A stretch of DNA of 26,447 nucleotides from Burkholderiales bacterium (lineage in GTDB: Bacteria > Pseudomonadota > Gammaproteobacteria > Burkholderiales > SG8-41): positions 1 to 26,447 of the forward strand of contig DATFVY010000054.1 of NCBI GenBank assembly GCA_035259925.1. The letters run 5' to 3'. Shown piece after piece: positions 6,870 through 14,841 of the stretch. The notes beneath the pieces are model-generated. The model searched no databases. It had not been told where the DNA came from and saw only the letters and a program-made list of their open reading frames with translations. A program made the position numbers and the translations under genes. Numbering within the stretch: position 1 is the first letter of the stretch; each line of letters begins with the position of its first letter.

Positions 6870-8711
6870 TCACAGCGCGCGCTCGAGCTGCTCCCTCTGT
6901 TCGTAGAGCTCTTTCGGCATGCGCGACTTGAGCTTGTCGTAGAGGTCGGCGTGATCCTTCACTTCCTTGCGCCACACGACCGGATCCACCTGCGTTAGCT
7001 CCTGGAAACGGGCACGGGTGAAGCCGTCGAGCCCGTTCCACTCGATGTCCTCGTAGCGCGGCTGCAGCCCCAGCGGCGTTTTCACTGCGTCCACCTTGCC
7101 CTCGATGCGGTCGATGACCCACTTCAGCACGCGCATGTTCTCGCCGAAGCCGGGCCAGATGAATTCGCCCTTCGCGTCCTGGCGGAACCAGTTGACGCCG
7201 AAGATGCGTGGCGCGTGCTTCAGGCCGCGCCCGATATTCAGCCAGTGCTTGAAATAGTCGCCGTAGTGATAGCCGCAAAACGGCAGCATCGCGAAGGGGT
7301 CGCGTCGCACCACGCCCACCTGGCCGACGATCGCCGCGGTGGTTTCAGACGCCATGGTCGAGGCCATGTAGACCCCATGCGTCCAGTCGAACGATTCGGT
7401 CACCAGCGGCACGGCGGTCGCGCGCCGCCCGCCGAAAAGGAACACGCTGATCGGCACCCCGTCGGGGTTCTGCCAGTCGGGATCCGCCGAAGGGATCTGG
7501 GCGCAGCTCATGGTAAAGCGCGCGTTGGGATGCGCCGCCTTGCGCCCGCTGCCCGGCGTCCACGCCTTGCCCTGCCAGTCGGTGAGCTGCGGGGGCGGTT
7601 CCTTGGTCAGGCCTTCCCACCACACGTCGCCGTCGGGCAGCAGCGCGACGTTGGTAAAGATCGTGTCGTGCCCCACTGCTTTCAGGCAATTGGGGTTGGT
7701 GAACTCGGAGGTCCCCGGCGCCACGCCGAACGCGCCGGCCTCGGGATTGATCGCGTAGAGCCTGCCGTCCTTCCCGGGCTTGATCCAGGCGATGTCTTCG
7801 CCGACGGTGGTGACTTTCCAACCCTTGTCCTTGAATACCTTGGGCGGAACCAGCATGGCGAGGTTGGTCTTGCCGCACGCGCTGGGGAAGGCCGCCGCGA
7901 TGTAGTACTTCTTCTTCTCGGGCGTTTCCAACCCCAGGATCAGCATGTGCTCGGCCAGCCAGCCCTGCTCCTTCGCCATGATCGACGCGATGCGCAGCGC
8001 GAGGCACTTCTTACCGAGCAGCGCGTTGCCGCCGTAGCCGCTGCCGAACGACCAGATTTCCTTGGTTTCGGGGTAATGGACGATGTACTTGTGCTGCTTG
8101 TTGCTGGGCCACACTGCGTCCTTCTGCCCCGGCGCGAGCGGCGCGCCCACGGTATGCACGCAAGGCACGAAATAGGCGTTCGTCCCCAGCACGTCGAGCA
8201 CCTTGCGCCCGATACGTGTCATCAGCTTCATGTTGACGACGACGTAGGGTGAATCGGTGAGCTCGACCCCGATGTGCGCGATGTGCGAGCCGAGCGGCCC
8301 CATGCTGTAAGGGATCACGTACATCGTGCGCCCGCGCATGCAGCCGTCGAACAGGGGCTTCAAGGTGGCGCGCATCTCGTCCGGCGCCACCCAGTTGTTG
8401 TTGGGACCCGCGTCTTCCTGGTTGCGGCTGCACACGAAAGTGCGCTCTTCCATGCGCGCGACGTCGTCGGGGTCGGAGCGGGCCAGGAAGCAGCCGGGCC
8501 GCTTCTGCTGGTTGAGCTTGATCAGCATGCCGCTCGCCACCATCTCGGCGCACAGGCGGTCGTACTCTTCCTGCGACCCGTCGCACCAGTAAATGCGGTC
8601 GGGCTTGGTCAGGCTGGCGATCTCGGAAACCCAGGCGGCGAGCTTGGCGTGCTTGACGTAGGCGGGCGTCGCTGCAGTCTTGGCCAGGTAAGCCGCGCTG
8701 GGGTGATTCAT
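6870..8711 (-). CDS. pckG: Phosphoenolpyruvate carboxykinase (GTP)
   Basis: 613 aa with hallmark motifs [99 protein letters not shown]. Confidence 0.97.
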   Translation of the reverse strand: MNHPSAAYLAKTAATPAYVKHAKLAAWVSEIASLTKPDRIYWCDGSQEEYDRLCAEMVASGMLIKLNQQKRPGCFLARSDPDDVARMEERTFVCSRNQEDAGPNNNWVAPDEMRATLKPLFDGCMRGRTMYVIPYSMGPLGSHIAHIGVELTDSPYVVVNMKLMTRIGRKVLDVLGTNAYFVPCVHTVGAPLAPGQKDAVWPSNKQHKYIVHYPETKEIWSFGSGYGGNALLGKKCLALRIASIMAKEQGWLAEHMLILGLETPEKKKYYIAAAFPSACGKTNLAMLVPPKVFKDKGWKVTTVGEDIAWIKPGKDGRLYAINPEAGAFGVAPGTSEFTNPNCLKAVGHDTIFTNVALLPDGDVWWEGLTKEPPPQLTDWQGKAWTPGSGRKAAHPNARFTMSCAQIPSADPDWQNPDGVPISVFLFGGRRATAVPLVTESFDWTHGVYMASTMASETTAAIVGQVGVVRRDPFAMLPFCGYHYGDYFKHWLNIGRGLKHAPRIFGVNWFRQDAKGEFIWPGFGENMRVLKWVIDRIEGKVDAVKTPLGLQPRYEDIEWNGLDGFTRARFQELTQVDPVVWRKEVKDHADLYDKLKSRMPKELYEQREQLERAL

Positions 8712-8835
8712 ACGCTCCTCTTCCTCACACGATGAACTTTGTCTTGTAAAAACAAAGGCAAAGCGACCGTACCCCGTGGTAGCCTTGCCTGATTTTGGAA
8801 TAAGTTTACACCAAATTCGTTCCCCCCGGGACGGG

Positions 8836-10017
8836 CTACGCGGCGCGCGGCTGACGGCGCAACCACGCGAGCCACGCGATTCCGGCCCCCGCCAGCAGCA
8901 GGAAGGGGACGGCCCAGGTATTCATCGTCTGCCAGCCCTGGTAGGTAAAAAGCGCCCCCGACGACAGGGAGCTCACCACCAGGGTGAGGAAGATCAGGGC
9001 ATCGTTGACGCCCTGCACCTTGGCGCGCTCGGCCGGGGTATGCGATTCGGTGAGCAGCGTCGTCGCGCCTACGAACAGGAAGTTCCAGCCCACCCCGAGC
9101 AGCACGAGCGCAAACCAGAAGTGCGCTACGTCCATTCCGGCGAGCGCGATGACCACGCAGACGATGTTGAGCGCGATCCCGGTCAGCATGACGGGCAGCA
9201 GCCCGGTGCGTTGAATCACCATGCCAGTGACCAGCGAGGGCGCAAACATGGCCACCATGTGCCACTGGATCACGAATGCCGCGTCGCTGAACGGATGATG
9301 AGCGTCCATCATGGCAAGCGGTGTCGCCGTCATCAGCAAGTTCATCACCCCGTAACTGACCATGCCGGACAGCAGCGCCACGATGAACGCCGACTGCCGC
9401 GCGATCTCGGACATGGGTCTGCCGGCATCCTTGAGCGCGGATTCCGGCAGCGCCGGGATGTCGAGCCAGCGCAGCAACAGTATGGTAAGGACCGCCACCG
9501 CAATCAGCGAGAGGTACGCGCCGACGTAGGCATGGCCGGCGACGGCGTCATTGGTGAGCTTGCTCGTTTCCGGGCCCAGAAAGCCGCCGACGATGCCCCC
9601 GGCCAGCACCAGCGAGATCGCCTGGCTCTTGAAATCGGCGGGCACCGAGTCGGCTGCCGCGAAGCGATAGTACTGCGCGGCCGCAAAGTAGCCGCCCAGC
9701 ACCAGCACACCGATGCACAGCAGCCAGAAGGCGGACGCGTACACGCCCCACGCGGACAGGGCCGACCCGAGGATCGCGAAGACCGCCCCGACGGTGAATC
9801 CCGCGCGCCTGCCGATGCGCTTCATCAGCAGCGACAGGGGCATGGCGGCGAGGGTCGATCCGACGAAGTACATCGTCACCGGGAGCGTGGCGAGCGCCTT
9901 GTCCGGTGCGAGCGCGTAGCCCGCGAGCCCGTTGACGGCGACCAGGATCGAGTTGTTGGTGAACAACAGAGCCTGGCACGCCGCCAGCACCGCGACGTTC
10001 TTGCGCGCCGGGTCCAT
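8836..10017 (-). CDS. MFS transporter (393 aa)
   Basis: About 12 hydrophobic segments and a loop motif [11 protein letters not shown]. Also contains YRFAAAD and [11 protein letters not shown]. Confidence 0.9.
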   Translation of the reverse strand: MDPARKNVAVLAACQALLFTNNSILVAVNGLAGYALAPDKALATLPVTMYFVGSTLAAMPLSLLMKRIGRRAGFTVGAVFAILGSALSAWGVYASAFWLLCIGVLVLGGYFAAAQYYRFAAADSVPADFKSQAISLVLAGGIVGGFLGPETSKLTNDAVAGHAYVGAYLSLIAVAVLTILLLRWLDIPALPESALKDAGRPMSEIARQSAFIVALLSGMVSYGVMNLLMTATPLAMMDAHHPFSDAAFVIQWHMVAMFAPSLVTGMVIQRTGLLPVMLTGIALNIVCVVIALAGMDVAHFWFALVLLGVGWNFLFVGATTLLTESHTPAERAKVQGVNDALIFLTLVVSSLSSGALFTYQGWQTMNTWAVPFLLLAGAGIAWLAWLRRQPRAA

Positions 10018-10024
10018 CGCGACG

Positions 10025-10726
10025 TCAGCGCCGCTGGAACTGCACCTTACCGAACATGATCTCCCATGACTTGTCGCTATGCGGCGCCTGGTTGGCGGCC
10101 TGCACGTCGGCCAGCACTTTCAGGGCGCGCTGCACGGCGGGACGGGCGTTGATCTCGTCGAACCAGCGCTTGACGTTGGGGTATTCCGCGATATTGACGC
10201 CGCGGGCATCGGCGCCGCGCAGCCAGGGAAAGCTGGCGATGTCGGCGATCGAGTACTCGGTCCCGGTGAGGTAGCGCGTCCGTCCGAGCTGCTTGTCCAG
10301 CACGCTCGTCAGGCGGTTGGACTCGCTGGTGTAGCGGTCGATTGCGTACTGCAGCTTTTCTTTCGAGTAACGGCGGAAATGGTTGGCCTGCCCCATCATG
10401 GGGCCGAGGCCGCCCATCTGCCACATCAGCCACTGCACGCAGGTCCAGCGCGCGTGCATGTCCGCGGGCAGCAGCTTGCCGGTCTTGGAGCCGATGTAGA
10501 GCAGGATCGCGCCCGATTCGAACAGAGAAAGCGGCTTCCCGTTGGGGCCGTCGTGGTCCACGATGGCCGGGATGCGATTGTTGGGGCTGATCTTGAGGAA
10601 TTCGGGCTGAAACTGCTCGCCTTCCCGGATGTTGACGCTGTGGATCCGGTACTGGAGTCCGGTTTCCTCGAGCGCGATGTGAACCTTGTGACCGTTCGGT
10701 GTCGGCCAGGTGTATACGTCTATCAT
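10025..10726 (-). CDS. Glutathione S-transferase family protein, YfcG-like (233 aa)
   Basis: N-terminal YTWPTPNGHKV (TPN motif), ISPNNRIPAIVD, LFESGAILLY, WQMGGLGPMMGQ, YSIADIA. Confidence 0.92.
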   Translation of the reverse strand: MIDVYTWPTPNGHKVHIALEETGLQYRIHSVNIREGEQFQPEFLKISPNNRIPAIVDHDGPNGKPLSLFESGAILLYIGSKTGKLLPADMHARWTCVQWLMWQMGGLGPMMGQANHFRRYSKEKLQYAIDRYTSESNRLTSVLDKQLGRTRYLTGTEYSIADIASFPWLRGADARGVNIAEYPNVKRWFDEINARPAVQRALKVLADVQAANQAPHSDKSWEIMFGKVQFQRR

Positions 10727-10742
10727 ATGGACCCCCTAGGGT

Positions 10743-10830
10743 AATGATGAACGATGAATGATGAACGATGAATGGTCAGGGCCCTGCTTCGCAGGCAACT
10801 CATTCTGCGCCCTGCATTCTGCATTCATCG
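10743..10830. repeat. Heptamer-based inverted repeat element (REP-like)
   Basis: Left arm AATGATG-AACGATG-AATGATG-AACGATG-AATG (10743-10774). Central hairpin CCTGC-TTC-GCAGG (10783-10795). Right arm CATTCTG-CGCCCTG-CATTCTG-CATTCAT (10801-10828), partly complementary to the left arm. Confidence 0.7.
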
Positions 10831-10910
10831 CTACGATGAGCGCATCCTACCAACTTCGTGATGCCGGCGTAACAGAGCACCGCGCGACGCCCTGCTAGGC
10901 CGATTGCCGC

Positions 10911-12140
10911 ATGCCACGGTTCACATCATGGTGGTTGCCGCCGGGCACGTCGCCCGACGCGGGGCTGATTCTTGCCGCGCGCGGTATCCGCGCCTTCACC
11001 GATGGCTACGTGGCGCTGCTGCTCCCCTACTACCTCACCCTGCTCGGCTATGGAGCGCTGGAGATAGGCGTCATCGCCACCGCGACGCTCTTGGGGTCCG
11101 GGCTGCTTACTCTGCTCGCGGGCCTGTTCGCCTACCGCTTCCGGCTCCACGCGCTGCTCACCGCGGCGTGCGTGCTCATGCTCGTCAGCGGCCTGGGCTT
11201 CGCCACCTTCACGGATTTCTGGCCGCTGCTTCTCATCGCCGCTATCGGTACCCTCAACCCGTCGACCAGCGATGTCAGCGTGTTCCTGCCGATCGAGCAG
11301 ACCATCCTCTCGCATGCGGCGCCCGCCGAGCACCGCACCGTTCTTTTCTCGCGCTACAGCCTGGTGGCTCACCTGGTCGGCGCGCTCGGCGCGCTCGCCG
11401 CAGCCGTGCCCGGAATAGTCGCTCAGTGGGAAGTCCTCGAACTGAAGGCCGCCGTGCAAGTCATGTTCGTGGCCTACGGATTGTCCGCCCTTATCGTGCT
11501 CGCTCTTTACCGGCGGCTGGCCTCCGCCGGTTCCCACGGTGACGAGTCGCGCCCCGCTCCACTGGGGGCTTCACGCGGCGTCGTCTATCGTCTGGCGGCG
11601 CTATTCAGCCTCGACGCCTTCGGCGGCGGCTTCGCGGTGCAGTCCCTGCTCGCGCTGTGGCTGTTCCTCCGTTTCGATCTCTCGGTGGAAATGGCAGGCA
11701 CGATCTTTTTCTGGACCGGCGTGCTGGCAGCGGCATCCTTCCTCGCGGCACCGGCGATAGCCCGGCGCATCGGCCTGATCAACACGATGGTGTTCACGCA
11801 CCTGCCTGCGAACATCTTCTGTGTGCTCGTCCCCTTCATGCCGACGCTGGCGCTCGCCGTGCTGTTCCTGCTTCTGCGCGCGGCGCTTTCGTCCATGGAC
11901 GTCCCGGCACGCAGCTCCTACGTGATGGCGGTGGTCTCCCCGTCCGAGCGGCCCGCTGCCGCGGGCGTCACCGCCGTGCCGCGCAGCCTCGCCGCAGCCA
12001 CCAGCCCGGCTATCGCCGGCTATCTCCTGACCTTGAGCAGTTTCGGCTGGCCGCTGGTCATCTGCGGCGCGCTCAAAATCGCCTATGACCTGGCGCTGCT
12101 TGGGCTCTTCAGCAAGGTAAAACCGCCTGAAGAGCGGTGA
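10911..12140 (+). CDS. MFS transporter (409 aa)
   Basis: About 12 hydrophobic segments. Motifs ARGIRAFTDG, GTLNPSTSDVSVFLPIEQ, FSLDAFGGGF, ARRIGLINTMVFTH, MDVPARSSY. Confidence 0.9.
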   Translation: MPRFTSWWLPPGTSPDAGLILAARGIRAFTDGYVALLLPYYLTLLGYGALEIGVIATATLLGSGLLTLLAGLFAYRFRLHALLTAACVLMLVSGLGFATFTDFWPLLLIAAIGTLNPSTSDVSVFLPIEQTILSHAAPAEHRTVLFSRYSLVAHLVGALGALAAAVPGIVAQWEVLELKAAVQVMFVAYGLSALIVLALYRRLASAGSHGDESRPAPLGASRGVVYRLAALFSLDAFGGGFAVQSLLALWLFLRFDLSVEMAGTIFFWTGVLAAASFLAAPAIARRIGLINTMVFTHLPANIFCVLVPFMPTLALAVLFLLLRAALSSMDVPARSSYVMAVVSPSERPAAAGVTAVPRSLAAATSPAIAGYLLTLSSFGWPLVICGALKIAYDLALLGLFSKVKPPEER

Positions 12141-12174
12141 CTCGCGGATCGCGACTTGTGACGTCCGCGAGTTA
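12138..12174. terminator. Hairpin between convergent genes (possible terminator, no clear U-tract)
   Basis: ACTCGCGGA (12140-12148) pairs with TCCGCGAGT (12164-12172), spanning both stop codons. Confidence 0.5.
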
Positions 12175-13239
12175 CGCTCCACCCCTTGATGGCAGGCGGC
12201 TCGCGCGCAGCACCGGCGCCCACTTGTCCGTTTCGGTATGGATGCGGGTCGCAAACTGCTCGTAAGTCATGGTGGCGGGCTCGAGTCCGAGGCCGCGCAA
12301 ATGCGCCTGGATGGCGCGGCTCGCGATCAGGCCGCTCACCTGGCTTCTCACCCACGCAGTGGCAGGAGCAGGCGTGCCGGCCGGCGCGAACAGGCCGTAC
12401 CATCCCTCGATCTCGAATCCGGGGAGACCGGACTCGTCCAGCGTGGGTACCCCCTCCAGCCGATCGCTCCGCCGCACGCTGGTGACGGCCAGCGGCTTGA
12501 AGTGGTCGTTGGGAAGATAGGCGAGCGCGAGCGGCAGCGCCGCAAACATCAGCGAGACCTGCCGTTGCGCGATGCCGCTCAGGGCGGCGACCCCGCCGTT
12601 GAACGAGGCGTGCACGATGTGCACCCCGGCTTTGCGCCGGAACAGCTCCCCTGCCAGATGACCGGTGCTGCCGTCGCCGGAGGACCCGTAGTTGATCTCG
12701 CCTGGCCGCGGGCGCAGCCATTCGACGAACTCGCGCGGTGTATCGACGGACAGGCTCGTGCTCACCATCAGCACGAACGGCATCGTGGCGAGCGGCGTCA
12801 CCAGGATGAAGTCGCGCGCGGGATCGTACTCGACGCCCTGGAAATAGTGGGGATTGATGACGATCGTGCCGTTGCTTGCCAGCAGCAGCGTGTGACCGTC
12901 GGCCTCCGCGCGCGCCACCGAGGTGGCACCGCGCGTGGTGACAGCGCCCGGCTGGCGTTCGAGGAGGACCGGAAATCGGCTGTCGGGCTGGATGGCCTGG
13001 GCGGCAACCCGCGCCAGCGTGTCCGATATCGCCGGCGGGGCATTGTGGGCGATCATGCGGTAGGTGCGCGACATGCGCATCGTCCCACGGATGTCGGAGG
13101 GCCCGCTGATCGGGTACGGCACCACGATCTTGAGCGGCTTCGAGGGGAACGGCTGGGCAATCGCGCCGGGCGGAAGATGAACCGCCCCGACGCCAAGAAC
13201 ACCGAGGATCGTCAGAAGGCGTTTGGAGTCACGCAACAC
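12172..13239 (-). CDS. Bug/TctC tripartite tricarboxylate transporter substrate-binding protein
   Basis: Signal peptide then AQPFPSKPLKIVVPYP, ADGHTLLL, YDPARDF, NYGSSGDGSTGHLAGELF, VPTLDESG, WYGLFAPAGTP, KWAPVL. Start codon (GTG 13239) is uncertain. Confidence 0.88.
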   Translation of the reverse strand: MLRDSKRLLTILGVLGVGAVHLPPGAIAQPFPSKPLKIVVPYPISGPSDIRGTMRMSRTYRMIAHNAPPAISDTLARVAAQAIQPDSRFPVLLERQPGAVTTRGATSVARAEADGHTLLLASNGTIVINPHYFQGVEYDPARDFILVTPLATMPFVLMVSTSLSVDTPREFVEWLRPRPGEINYGSSGDGSTGHLAGELFRRKAGVHIVHASFNGGVAALSGIAQRQVSLMFAALPLALAYLPNDHFKPLAVTSVRRSDRLEGVPTLDESGLPGFEIEGWYGLFAPAGTPAPATAWVRSQVSGLIASRAIQAHLRGLGLEPATMTYEQFATRIHTETDKWAPVLRASRLPSRGGA

Positions 13240-13306
13240 GATTCGCGGCTCACACGTCCGTGAGCTGGATGGATTTCAGCCCCGGATATTGGACCTTCAA
13301 CGGGCG

Positions 13307-13690
13307 TCAGGATTCGCGCATTTCCAGGTCGGCGCCAAGCTCGCGTACCGTCTCGACCATGCGGTCGAGCTCCTGCTCGACCGATTGCTTGACCTCGGGG
13401 TCGTCCGGATAGCACAGCAGCCACAAGTCGGGAAAGGTTCCCGCGACGCGTTTGCGGCGTCCCAGCACCAGGCGGCGCGCGGCGTCCTCGAGCTCGCGCC
13501 TGAGCATGAACTCGGTGCCGTGATCCCAATAGATCGAGAGCGTATCGACCTTGAGACCGGATCGCAGCAGGCGAACCACGAATTCGAACCGGATCGAATG
13601 CATGCCCATGGCTCGCAACTGCACGACACGGTGCGCCGGCACCGGCTGTCCGTCGCGCAGCGCGTTCAGTTCTTCTTTTCTGGATGCCAT
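13307..13690 (-). CDS. Hypothetical protein (127 aa)
   Basis: Fills the gap between same-strand neighbours without overlap and has globular protein-like composition. No family recognised. Alternative ATGs at 13609 and 13603. Confidence 0.65.
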   Translation of the reverse strand: MASRKEELNALRDGQPVPAHRVVQLRAMGMHSIRFEFVVRLLRSGLKVDTLSIYWDHGTEFMLRRELEDAARRLVLGRRKRVAGTFPDLWLLCYPDDPEVKQSVEQELDRMVETVRELGADLEMRES

Positions 13691-13798
13691 GGCGGATTGA
13701 CGATCAGCACGGACATTAGCCTAGCGACTGCAGACCTGCGGTGCAAATCTATCATTTTGTTAGATTTTTCTTGGGGAACGGAATGCGGAAGGCAGGAC

Positions 13799-14257
13799 CT
13801 ACCGGTCAAGCGCGGCACCCATATCCCTGAGCTCGCCCCGCTTCCAGCGCAGCCAGGTGCGTAACCGGCGAAAATCGCGTGGTTCCACGTTGTCCTCGAC
13901 CAGGACCACCCGCCGCGTCCCTGCGCCAGCCCGCGGCCGCAGCCTGACGATGGTGAGGCTGGAAGAAACATAGCTTGACCCCAGCAGCTCGCACTCCACC
14001 CGGCGCCCGTCGCGCGTCTGAAAGAACGCGGTCCCGCTGTCGTCGAGTTCGAGCGCGACGATCGCACGCGCGGCGTGCAACGTAGCATCGCGCGCCAGCA
14101 GGTAGACCAGACTGATGGCGATGCCGAGCGTGACAGCCGCCCGGCCCAGCGCGGGGACGGGAACCAGCCACAGCAGCGCAGCCGCAATGCCGTGGACCAC
14201 GCACAGCGCCAGCGCAAGCCGGACCGAGGGTGAGATGGCGACCCGATGGGTCAGCAC
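13799..14257 (-). CDS. ygfX: YgfX (CptA) family membrane protein
   Basis: 152 aa with two N-terminal TM segments after ISPSVRL. C-terminal SYVSSSLTIVRL and DNVEPRDFRRLRTWLRW match the family's D..FRRLR.WL signature. Confidence 0.75.
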   Translation of the reverse strand: MLTHRVAISPSVRLALALCVVHGIAAALLWLVPVPALGRAAVTLGIAISLVYLLARDATLHAARAIVALELDDSGTAFFQTRDGRRVECELLGSSYVSSSLTIVRLRPRAGAGTRRVVLVEDNVEPRDFRRLRTWLRWKRGELRDMGAALDR

Positions 14258-14517
14258 TACCTGCAGCCCTTATTGGCGCAGGTGACCCGGTTGGCCCACC
14301 ACCATGCGGCGGTCAGGTTCTGCTTCCAGAGGGGGAGGGCCAGGTACCAGTCGCGATCGGCGTTGCACTGGGCGCAGGGGTCCGCCCCCGTCGCGCTCGC
14401 GCGCGGGCATTCGCGCTTGTGGAACTGTATCCCCGCTCCAAACGAGAGCCCGACCAGGGCGGTGGCCATCACCACGATAACGCCAATGATCAGCAGCAGG
14501 ATTACCAAGAACGTCAT
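14257..14517 (-). CDS. Small membrane-anchored Cys/Trp-rich hypothetical protein (86 aa)
   Basis: SD AAGGAGG 8 nt upstream of the ATG. N-terminal hydrophobic stretch of about 25 aa, 5 Cys and 5 Trp. Its TAG overlaps the ygfX GTG by 1 nt. Confidence 0.75.
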   Translation of the reverse strand: MTFLVILLLIIGVIVVMATALVGLSFGAGIQFHKRECPRASATGADPCAQCNADRDWYLALPLWKQNLTAAWWWANRVTCANKGCR

Positions 14518-14720
14518 AGCGCATTCCTCCTTAGGTGGAACCCGATTGAGGCAGCCATGCGCAAGCGGGGCTTGAGAACGTCGCCCCGGCGTCCCCTGAA
14601 GCGCCGCGCCGCCGTAACTCTACCGCCCATGCGAGGCTTTGGGTGTGACTTGTGGCGCAGCCTCGGTGCGATCGGCCCGTTGGCGACTGGGTCGAGGCCC
14701 TGGCCGCCAGAGATCGGCCC

Positions 14721-14729
14721 ATCATAGCA
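14721..14729 (-). promoter_or_regulatory. Candidate extended -10 promoter for the small-protein/ygfX unit
   Basis: Minus strand reads TG-C-TATGAT within an AT-richer patch; no good -35 element. Confidence 0.35.
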
Positions 14730-14744
14730 CTCTAACCCATTGAT

Positions 14745-14802
14745 AATACGTATTGGGACGTATCCCATCCTGTACCCAGCGCCATTTGTGGTTGATTTCC
14801 CA
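14745..14802. promoter_or_regulatory. Candidate operator cluster in divergent promoter region
   Basis: Perfect palindrome AATACGTATT (14745-14754), dyad TGGGA-CGTA-TCCCA (14754-14767) and a related 14-mer TGGTTGATTTCCCA (14789-14802). Confidence 0.5.
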
Positions 14803-14841
14803 CTGATCCCCTCGCTACTGTGAGAGCCGGCAAGGAAGGCG

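Noticed and set aside
6870-8711. Functional link between pckG and the PEP-synthase-like gene
   Set aside because: They are on opposite strands separated by a terminator, and the phosphotransferase lacks the PEP/pyruvate-binding domain; the adjacency alone is not evidence.
10743-10830. CRISPR array or coding microsatellite
   Set aside because: The units are 7 nt with no unique spacers, there are no cas genes, and the element is intergenic.
14555-14720. 6S RNA-like words (CGCAAGCGGG, GTCCCCTGA) on the + strand
   Set aside because: There is no complementary 3' strand to form the long 6S duplex and no supporting context; treated as chance similarity.
14531-14725. 64-aa minus-strand ORF upstream of the microprotein
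   Set aside because: Its ATG lies within the candidate -10 element, it has no RBS and its composition is not protein-like.
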